A DNA stretch of 64,000 nt from Bacteroidaceae bacterium (GTDB taxonomy: Bacteria; Bacteroidota; Bacteroidia; Bacteroidales; Bacteroidaceae), in the NCBI GenBank assembly GCA_017614465.1, contig JAGABW010000011.1, forward strand, positions 253 through 64,252, read 5' to 3'. The translations under genes and the position numbers were made by a program. Of the stretch, positions 9,704-17,101 are shown piece after piece (positions within the stretch are counted from its first letter, which is position 1; the number at the start of each line of letters is the position of its first letter). The notes under the pieces were generated by a model. It was not told where the DNA came from and did not search any database. It worked only from the letters and a program-made list of their open reading frames with translations.

Positions 9704-10799
9704 TGCTATTAGGTTTTATGTTTACTCCATAAAATTTATTATTATCTCCACTAAAAAATTGAATTATCCCTTGAATTCTTTCCTCTGCAACCAAGTCATA
9801 TGTTTTTCTATCATAAAACTGAAGTGATGTATAAGATTGTGCATCATCCATAATCTTATGAAAGCACGAACGCATGATATACTTATTGGTACATACTAGA
9901 GAAGAATTCAGGCTAACTCGCTTTATATCATCACTCATATATTCGTTATCAGCCTGATAAGAATAACTTCTATCCGCGTTTTGAAATTCATAGCCAAAAG
10001 TATATAAAACTGATTTCATGTCATTGTCATATACATATATTAATGAATCTACGGTATGACACACCATATATTCTTCTCCACATGGAACAGATCGGAAGTT
10101 CTCAAAATTAGGGGCCATATTATCTAAGTAATAATGAGGATAACTACCAAATAACTCCACAAATTTATTTCCGTCCAAGCTATATCTGCCCCATATACGA
10201 CCTTCTTTGTAACGGTTTTCATCTACACGAGAGAGATGCCTATCAACAATTGATAATGGTAAAATTACTTCATGATTGTCATTGATATATGCATCCATTC
10301 CACAATCTGTCATACTCATAACTACATATACGCTGGGAGAGGAGAAGTCATCCTTTTGAATCTCATCCTTCGCAAAATCAATTCTTCCCCTGTATTCAAT
10401 CGTATCACTCTCTGTATTATATATATACATAAACAAAGAAGCATCTATAATACAAATACGTTTTTCGTCATTAGCAAAAGGATAAGCATACATAAAACTT
10501 GGAATTTCCGTCTTGGCGTGACCTTTCGTTAGCATGCTGCCAATCAAAGAACCACTATTCTTATCGAATTTGAAGATTCTACAATAATATTTATCAGCAA
10601 AACCTATATAATCTTTTGTAGCAAAGAAATTTCCATCCCAACTAATACTGTCGGCGGATATTAAAACCGAATCTAATTTATGATGATAAGAAGTAAACTG
10701 CTTTACTCCCTTATGTATAAAAGATTGTCTATTTTGACAAGATATTACAAACTGAGAGATTACTATAACAAAAACGATAAACCTTGAAATCTTATTCAT
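9663..10799 (-). CDS. 6-bladed beta-propeller-type lipoprotein, paralogue P2 (motif degenerate)
   Basis: Lipobox FVISCQN. Similar length and layout to the neighbours; motif degraded to KGHAKTEI. Confidence 0.65.
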   Translation of the reverse strand: MNKISRFIVFVIVISQFVISCQNRQSFIHKGVKQFTSYHHKLDSVLISADSISWDGNFFATKDYIGFADKYYCRIFKFDKNSGSLIGSMLTKGHAKTEIPSFMYAYPFANDEKRICIIDASLFMYIYNTESDTIEYRGRIDFAKDEIQKDDFSSPSVYVVMSMTDCGMDAYINDNHEVILPLSIVDRHLSRVDENRYKEGRIWGRYSLDGNKFVELFGSYPHYYLDNMAPNFENFRSVPCGEEYMVCHTVDSLIYVYDNDMKSVLYTFGYEFQNADRSYSYQADNEYMSDDIKRVSLNSSLVCTNKYIMRSCFHKIMDDAQSYTSLQFYDRKTYDLVAEERIQGIIQFFSGDNNKFYGVNIKPNSNDKYYIYTFEIYN

Positions 10800-10893
10800 A
10801 AAACACTACAATTAATATTTACTGATAACCTATCATATTCACAACTTAAACATAAAACGCCCCATGAGCCGTATCATCTTTTTCATCCGTAGC

Positions 10894-11910
10894 TTATTTT
10901 AAATGATATTTCAATAATACTATATCATAATCACCTGCAGGCTCATTGCCAAGCATTTTATCACTAATAGCGTATAGATTATTTTTATGTAGGGCAACAG
11001 GAATAAACGGGAACAGGTTTGGAGTTTTCACTGTTCCACAATATGATTTTCCTGCAAGTCTGTCATATACATTGATCAACGTATAATCATTATTTATATA
11101 TGGAGTAAATACATACTTTTGAGCGACGAAGGATTGTCCTTTTGAATATATACCAACTGCTGCTTTTTTCTCCGAACTCAATTTGTAGTCCTTATCGGAT
11201 TCAACTCCGAAATCTAATCCATACAGAGCCGTCATCTGATTATTTTTCCATTCGTATATTGTATCCGAAATGGTTTCTAAAGCATAGACCCGACCTTCGC
11301 CATCATCACTAAATACACATGTACTTTCAATGTGATCCAGTTCCATTTTAGGTTTCACATACGTGTTTATCAGCGTTCCCTCCAAATCAACATGTAATAC
11401 AGACTTTAAGTCATTATACCCGCCTGCATTCCACAAAAGAAATCCATCTGGCACTTTTATAAAATCAAACGTATGAATCGGAATTGTTATTTGTCCCTGA
11501 TAGTTCAATGAATAATCATATTTCAATATCAACGAGGCCGCCATATCAAGAACATACAAGTATTCACCATCTATAGAAACAGACATTGGTTCAATATATT
11601 CGCCGGCACCATGCCCAACACGTTGTATCTGTTTAATTAAATGACCATCCTTCGTATTATACACAAAAAGCGATTTCATGTCATCTAATATAAATATTAA
11701 TGAATCATTTACACATGCTTTTCTTATCCTCGACAAAGGGATTTCTCCTTTTTCCAAAACCACAGAATCAACAGACTGGGTAAATACTGTATAATCAATT
11801 CCACTGTTACTATCTATTGATGGGTCTATTGGAATATTTGTCATGGTATCATGCTTCACATCACATGCTGTTAGCAATATCAGCATTATCAATAATAACT
11901 TCTCTTTCAT
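10894..11910 (-). CDS. 6-bladed beta-propeller-type lipoprotein, paralogue P3
   Basis: Lipobox LLTACDV and a VGHGAGEY motif preceded by FVYNTKDGHLI, typical of the BF3164/DUF5128-like family as I recall it. Confidence 0.7.
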   Translation of the reverse strand: MKEKLLLIMLILLTACDVKHDTMTNIPIDPSIDSNSGIDYTVFTQSVDSVVLEKGEIPLSRIRKACVNDSLIFILDDMKSLFVYNTKDGHLIKQIQRVGHGAGEYIEPMSVSIDGEYLYVLDMAASLILKYDYSLNYQGQITIPIHTFDFIKVPDGFLLWNAGGYNDLKSVLHVDLEGTLINTYVKPKMELDHIESTCVFSDDGEGRVYALETISDTIYEWKNNQMTALYGLDFGVESDKDYKLSSEKKAAVGIYSKGQSFVAQKYVFTPYINNDYTLINVYDRLAGKSYCGTVKTPNLFPFIPVALHKNNLYAISDKMLGNEPAGDYDIVLLKYHLK

Positions 11911-11936
11911 ATATATAATTTTAAGTAAGTGACAAG

Positions 11937-12040
11937 ATTTGACTTTACAGTCGGTGTTTAACTTTTCTCATGCACATGCTATAATGATAAACATGATTAA
12001 GCTTTGGGTGTCAGACTTATGGTAAAGAATGTTTTATTTT
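11937..12040 (-). repeat. conserved leader element, copy A (core only)
   Basis: 103/104 identical to 16137..16240 (single mismatch at 11967 versus 16167). Lies between P4 and P3 and supplies the last 7 codons and the stop of P4. Confidence 0.95.
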
Positions 12041-13168
12041 AGAAATTACAATCAAAGGATTATCAGATTCCTGATATTCATTAATAATCTGTTCATTTCT
12101 TTTATTAGCAAGCTCTATCTTATAATTGCGTTTCTGTGCTCCTTCTTTATAATGCTTTATTAATGAAGGGGAGACAACCATCGCAACAGTATTTGAAAGC
12201 CCTCCTACTGGATAAATCAAGGAACTAACCAAAGGAAATTCCTCATCATGTAACTCCAAACTCAAAATCGCTCTACGCGTTTCTTTAACTGCACTTACTA
12301 ATCCCGCTTCATTGGTATTAAATAAAAGCAAAGAATCTGAAGCTACAATATTATAGATCATCCATATCTTATTATCATTGTAATTGAAAAAAGAATTTAA
12401 ATTTAAGTTTTTGGATTCACCATAATCAAACCATCTATCACCAAAATTAATCGAGTTTTCCGATAAAATCTTTGTATCCCGTATCGAATATATTTTGTTT
12501 GAAAATGGCAAAGCAACCCAACAATTTTTGTCATCACTAGTCATCCATTTTCCAAGCCCCCATATTCCTTTAATAAATTCATTTTGGGTTAATAATACTT
12601 GATATTCACCACAAGGATTATGTTTATCAAATCTTCTTAACTCCATACCATTATCATCAGAAGACAGACATAATGCATATAAACTATTTCCTGAAATCGC
12701 TATTTCAAAATAGTATTCATTAAGTTGATATGTATTTATCCGATTTAGGTTCATATCAAATGTCATCATTCTATACGGAGCATCAAAATATACATATAAT
12801 ACCCCCTCATTAGGATCTATAGCAGCATCAAATATTCTTATATACTCATCTTTACCTTTACCGATGAGAGACTCTGTGGACTTTATAAAATTGCCATCAT
12901 TATCATAACATAACAACTTATTATTTTTTCTATCAACAATAAATATTCTATCATTAGATGCCAATATTCTCCATACATTGCCGATAATAGACTCAGAATC
13001 CATTGAAGATGGCTTTACAACACGAGTACTATCCAATAAGGATGATTTATCAATACATTCTATATAATTAACTACCATTTCATTAATGGGTTCTTGTATC
13101 GTACGACACGACGCCATACATAAAAGAAGCATTAATACATAGAATATGTTTTTACCATAAGTCTTCAT
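12017..13168 (-). CDS. 6-bladed beta-propeller-type lipoprotein, paralogue P4
   Basis: Lipobox CMASCRT and an IGKGKDEY motif preceded by LCYDNDGNFI. Confidence 0.7.
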   Translation of the reverse strand: MKTYGKNIFYVLMLLLCMASCRTIQEPINEMVVNYIECIDKSSLLDSTRVVKPSSMDSESIIGNVWRILASNDRIFIVDRKNNKLLCYDNDGNFIKSTESLIGKGKDEYIRIFDAAIDPNEGVLYVYFDAPYRMMTFDMNLNRINTYQLNEYYFEIAISGNSLYALCLSSDDNGMELRRFDKHNPCGEYQVLLTQNEFIKGIWGLGKWMTSDDKNCWVALPFSNKIYSIRDTKILSENSINFGDRWFDYGESKNLNLNSFFNYNDNKIWMIYNIVASDSLLLFNTNEAGLVSAVKETRRAILSLELHDEEFPLVSSLIYPVGGLSNTVAMVVSPSLIKHYKEGAQKRNYKIELANKRNEQIINEYQESDNPLIVISKIKHSLP

Positions 13169-13291
13169 CGAATGAGTTTTTATTTGTTAATAATTAATCT
13201 ATAAGATATTATTATGTATATATGTATATTTTATTAATTATTATATTTGTAATTTCGATTATGATTAACATTACAAATATCTTTTAACAAG

Positions 13292-13549
13292 TTTGATCGG
13301 CATTTTTCATATTGAAGTTTGCCAAGGATTTGACTTTACAGTCGGTGTTTAACTTTTCTCATGACTTCATGCTATAACGCAGGGACATGATTAAGCTGTA
13401 GGGTTAGACTTATGGTAAAGAAATTAGGGAATTCAAAACCATAAAGACTTGTCGATTATGCTTTAAAAGCAAACCGACGGTAAAACTAAATAAAAAGAAA
13501 ATAGCATCCAAATTTTTTAACAGAAAAATTAATAAAAATCTTTATTTTT
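13292..13549 (-). repeat. conserved leader element, copy B (long form, diverged)
   Basis: Aligns over about 260 bp with 16102..16359. The core runs about 13323..13422 and starts gccaaggatttgactttacagtcggtgtttaacttttctcatg. Lies upstream of P4. Confidence 0.9.
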
Positions 13550-13553
13550 TTGC

Positions 13554-13587
13554 AAAAAAGGTTGGATTCCTAACCTAGAACCCAACC
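13554..13587 (-). terminator. intrinsic terminator after the peptide/P5/thioredoxin-like unit
   Basis: Minus strand GGTTGGGTTCT-AGGTTA-GGAATCCAACC (11-bp stem including G-U pairs) followed by TTTTTT. Confidence 0.7.
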
Positions 13588-13897
13588 TTATCGTTTACTC
13601 GGTATGTGATTTCTTCTATAATTTCTTATTATTGTTTATATTTTATTATTGGTGTCCGCTAAAAAAGAATTCAAAGTGCTTACTTTTGGAAAAAAGCATA
13701 AAAAGTTGCCAAATAACAATCCTCATAAGGATATATCTAACCGTCAAAAGTATTTAGCGGACAAAATATAAAAAAGTATTATGATAATTCTGCAGAGTCA
13801 ATATGCAACTATTAATGCATGGCACTGCAACTAAAAACATAGAAACCGCATCACGACTCCGACTAAAAGTAGTATAACACAGTTTTTTCCCCTCTTA

Positions 13898-14446
13898 TTA
13901 CTTATGTTCTTTCAAGACAGACAACAAAAGATCACCTATTTTAGCATTTGAAATAGGATTTCCAAGGACTTTAACGTTTCCTTGTTTATCAATCATAAAA
14001 CTTTCGTACAACGAAGATTTAATAAACATCGGATTATTTTTAGAAAACACATCTGCCGTATCTACATAAGTAATCGGTAAATATTTCGAATAATACTTAA
14101 CACGTTTAAGGTATTTTATAGTAGATCTATTCCCTGATACAACTATACATATATTATATAACGAATCTATTTCTTTCGCTTTATTTTCAAATTCATGCAA
14201 ACGAACTAACTTATTAGATAAGCATGACGAACACCGTAAAGAATCAAAATATAATACATGAATATAATTTGTTTTATCCAACCAATTTGAATCTTCACCA
14301 ACAAATATCATCTTATTTACTTGTAAATTAATAGGAGTGGAAATAAATTGTTTAATTTGTTCATCTTGAGAATTACAAGAACACATACTTTTCATAACTA
14401 CTATTAAAATACAGAATATATTATATCTATTTTTAAGAATATCCAT
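13898..14446 (-). CDS. thioredoxin-fold (TlpA/redoxin-like) lipoprotein with CSSC motif
   Basis: Lipobox SMCSCNS. HVLYFDSLRCSSCLSNKL gives a beta-CxxC-alpha layout. C-terminal FMIDKQGNVKVLGNP is typical of redoxin folds. Starts 8 nt after the P5 stop. Confidence 0.65.
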   Translation of the reverse strand: MDILKNRYNIFCILIVVMKSMCSCNSQDEQIKQFISTPINLQVNKMIFVGEDSNWLDKTNYIHVLYFDSLRCSSCLSNKLVRLHEFENKAKEIDSLYNICIVVSGNRSTIKYLKRVKYYSKYLPITYVDTADVFSKNNPMFIKSSLYESFMIDKQGNVKVLGNPISNAKIGDLLLSVLKEHK

Positions 14447-14454
14447 ACCTCAGT

Positions 14455-15552
14455 TTATTTTATATGCCAATACAATACAGGATTATGTCCCGATTCAATG
14501 GTTTTGTTTTTCACCAAATCATCATTTATATTATCCGCTTGAACTACTTCAATAAATCCTTCAGATGTTGAATATTCGATTGGGTACTCCATACAACGTC
14601 CTAACTTTGAATCTATAACATGCATATATGGATAAAACTGACTCTCTAATGTAGTTTTATTAAACACAGACAAACATGGCATGTTTTTATCAAAACAAAC
14701 AATCCAAGCATAATCTGCATTTTCAGTTATATATTTTATATTTCCCCGACTATTAGCCAATCTTTCTTTGGTTTCATTACGGTCCAAACCTTTAACATCA
14801 TCATAAACTATATTGTTATTTCCAAAATCAATTTGATATAATATATCCAAACTATTATCCTCATTAATCTTATAAACATTATTGTCTAAATATCTATGAT
14901 ATGATAAATAACCATCAGGTGTTTTTTGAAATGGGTGAACCTCAACATGATCAATTCTATCATTATTTGTAAAATAATTCATTAGCACATGCAATTTTTC
15001 ATTTGTAACAACCAATTCACCCACATTATAATCAGTAGTCATAAAATAAAAACACCTATTTAAATATTCCATATTTTCGGCATAAAACGGTATTTCCCGT
15101 TTTTCAGTTAGTTTTCCATCAAAAGTATATGTATACACATTCTTGCGATTACAAAGGGCATAAATTAATTTGTTTTCTTCATCTATATTGAAATCACTTA
15201 TTGATATATATTCATTATGTCCACTTCCGATTTCTCCTATCTCACACAGAAATTTTCCTGTATTTACACTAAAGCACATCATCTTTCTGGCCAAATCTTT
15301 ATCTAATATAAACAATAAAGAATCAGAAATGACAATTTTATCTATATTACCAATCTTGGATTTCTCAGTTTCCTCTAATTTTAACATTTCAGATTTACTA
15401 AAAAATGATTGAATGTCTAAACTATCAGTTTCATTTAGTAGACTACAATCCCATTCATATTTTGCCATCTTAGGTTGTGTTGTGTTTGAATTACAAGAAT
15501 ATATAAACACCACAGCCAAAACAATCATTATATAGGTTAATTTTGATTTCAT
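14455..15552 (-). CDS. 6-bladed beta-propeller-type lipoprotein, paralogue P5
   Basis: Lipobox FIYSCNS and an IGSGHNEY motif preceded by FSVNTGKFL. Confidence 0.7.
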   Translation of the reverse strand: MKSKLTYIMIVLAVVFIYSCNSNTTQPKMAKYEWDCSLLNETDSLDIQSFFSKSEMLKLEETEKSKIGNIDKIVISDSLLFILDKDLARKMMCFSVNTGKFLCEIGEIGSGHNEYISISDFNIDEENKLIYALCNRKNVYTYTFDGKLTEKREIPFYAENMEYLNRCFYFMTTDYNVGELVVTNEKLHVLMNYFTNNDRIDHVEVHPFQKTPDGYLSYHRYLDNNVYKINEDNSLDILYQIDFGNNNIVYDDVKGLDRNETKERLANSRGNIKYITENADYAWIVCFDKNMPCLSVFNKTTLESQFYPYMHVIDSKLGRCMEYPIEYSTSEGFIEVVQADNINDDLVKNKTIESGHNPVLYWHIK

Positions 15553-15630
15553 GTTGTCTGTATTATAATCGGTTATATAAAAGAATAAATAGAAATATCA
15601 AATAAATCTTTATTCTATAATTCATACTAT

Positions 15631-15668
15631 ATACCTATCGGCAATAGGTGAATTATGCCGATAGGTAT
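15631..15668 (-). terminator. strong hairpin (possible partial terminator/attenuator) between the peptide gene and P5
   Basis: Perfect 13-bp inverted repeat ATACCTATCGGCA/TGCCGATAGGTAT with a 12-nt loop, 21 nt after the peptide stop. There is no clean U-run. Confidence 0.5.
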
Positions 15669-15689
15669 AATTAAATTAAAGTTCAATTA

Positions 15690-15986
15690 CTAACAATTTT
15701 TTCCACACTCACAAGTTTTATCACCTGGTGTATAACAAGGATTGCACGGACCATTCTCTTCACATGCACGATAGTCGCCAGTACCAACTCCTGGACAATC
15801 ATGAATTTGAGACCAAGCATATTTGGTCATTGCGGCAGCATCACCACCATCATCACTTAAAGCTTCAATATTCTCAGACATTAATGTACTTTCTTTAACA
15901 CTATATGCATCATACGCCTTAATGCCACCAAAGCCAGCAGCAACAACAGCAAATGCAAACATCGCAGTTTTTATAACTTTTTTCAT
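15690..15986 (-). CDS. small Cys-rich secreted/anchored peptide with NVEALA-like motif (98 aa)
   Basis: MKKVIKTAMFAFAVVAAGFGG... hydrophobic N-terminus, then SENIEALSDDGG, then a C-terminal 35 aa with 7 Cys. The track ORF starts at 16067, but that 27-aa extension precedes a canonical MKK signal start. Confidence 0.75.
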   Translation of the reverse strand: MKKVIKTAMFAFAVVAAGFGGIKAYDAYSVKESTLMSENIEALSDDGGDAAAMTKYAWSQIHDCPGVGTGDYRACEENGPCNPCYTPGDKTCECGKNC

Positions 15987-16101
15987 AATTAAATTTTGAT
16001 TTTTATTAATATTATTTGGGGACCTTTTCGGTCGGTATCCATCCTCTACCGGTACTGAGAATGGCATATCTCATGAAATATGTTTTCTTGATTTTTAATG
16101 A

Positions 16102-16359
16102 TTTGATTGGCATTTTCATAATGATTATTGCCAAGGATTTGACTTTACAGTCGGTGTTTAACTTTTATCATGCACATGCTATAATGATAAACATGATTAA
16201 GCTTTGGGTGTCAGACTTATGGTAAAGAATGTTTTATTTTATTCTATTCCATAAAGACTTGTTTGATTATGCTTTAAAAGCAAACCGACGGCAAAACTAA
16301 AAAAAAAAAAAAATAGCATCCAAATTTTTTAACAGAAAAATTAAAAAAATCTTTATTTT
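16102..16359 (-). repeat. conserved leader element, copy C (long form) upstream of the peptide gene
   Basis: Core 16137..16240 is 103/104 identical to copy A. The flanks align with copy B. Confidence 0.95.
16292..16324 (-). promoter_or_regulatory. candidate Bacteroidetes sigma-A-type promoter with poly(T)15 spacer
   Basis: Minus strand reads TTTG (16324-16321), a 21-nt spacer GATGCTA+T14, then TAGTTTTG (16299-16292), matching -33 TTTG / -7 TAnnTTTG. Confidence 0.45.
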
Positions 16360-16384
16360 CTGGGGGTAAGTATTTTGCATAACA

Positions 16385-16420
16385 AGAAAAAGAGCTCTTA
16401 TCACACTCGATAAAAGCTCT
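16385..16420 (-). terminator. possible terminator of the sigma/anti-sigma operon
   Basis: Minus-strand stem AGAGCT/AGCTCT followed by TTTTCTTGTT. Confidence 0.4.
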
Positions 16421-16609
16421 ATTCCTTAGTTACACAATAGTAACCCAAATAAATTAGTTTGAAAGAAAAAAACTTCACAGTTTCAACTTTCCGCGGTTTT
16501 AGTTAAAGCATATAAAAGAAAATGATTGTTAATTGACAATTTAAAAAGTTACTGCCGGATTTTTCAGGAATGAATCAGTCCTTATGGAGAGTTCTTCCAA
16601 CAAATCCAC

Positions 16610-17101
16610 TTACCTCCTTGTTATATCATCAACCTGTACTGTATCGGCTTTTGCCATTGATTCAGACTGATTTCGGTCGATAATATGGATGGTTGCAGTT
16701 ATATCTTCTGTACGGGTGTAGGTATCTGCTATAGAAGGCGCACCTGCATTATCCCCAACAGAATTGTCCTGCATTGTTCGTTCTGCGACATTTCCAATTG
16801 TGAGTGCAATGGCCACTACCGCTGCAGCTTTAAACAATGGAGTTATGCGTGAGACAAATTTTATGGTTTTAGCCTCTACAGCAGGTTCTTCATCCACCAT
16901 ATCAAGCATTCTTTGCTTGAAATCATCACTCAAACATTCTTGTGCTGCTTCACTCTCATAACTGAAAAGATCGGCATACTGCTGAAGATGTTCTGGTACA
17001 TCATGTTGCTTGAAGAAAGAATGCAGGATCTGTTCCTCCTCCAAAGTTGTCTCGCATTGCCAGTAGCGTTCGAGAAGTTGTTCGATGTACTTATAATCCA
17101 T
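16610..17101 (-). CDS. putative anti-sigma factor (single-pass membrane protein)
   Basis: 163 aa with one TM (LFKAAAVVAIALTIGNV). Overlaps the 3' end of the ECF sigma gene by 11 nt. Confidence 0.55.
   Translation of the reverse strand: MDYKYIEQLLERYWQCETTLEEEQILHSFFKQHDVPEHLQQYADLFSYESEAAQECLSDDFKQRMLDMVDEEPAVEAKTIKFVSRITPLFKAAAVVAIALTIGNVAERTMQDNSVGDNAGAPSIADTYTRTEDITATIHIIDRNQSESMAKADTVQVDDITRR

Noticed and set aside
15987-16225. The N-terminal 27-codon extension of the peptide ORF, and the + strand ORF 16016..16225
   Set aside because: The extension lacks signal-peptide character and precedes a canonical MKK start. The + strand ORF runs through the conserved leader repeat and has no counterpart at the other copies.
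11937-16240. Whether the repeated 104-nt elements could be a CRISPR array or IS/MITE termini
   Set aside because: The repeats are too long and are separated by kilobases of coding sequence, with no short regular spacers, so this is not CRISPR. All three copies are in the same orientation with no terminal inverted repeats or transposase, so they are not IS ends. The exact 4200-bp offset between copies A and C is treated as coincidence.
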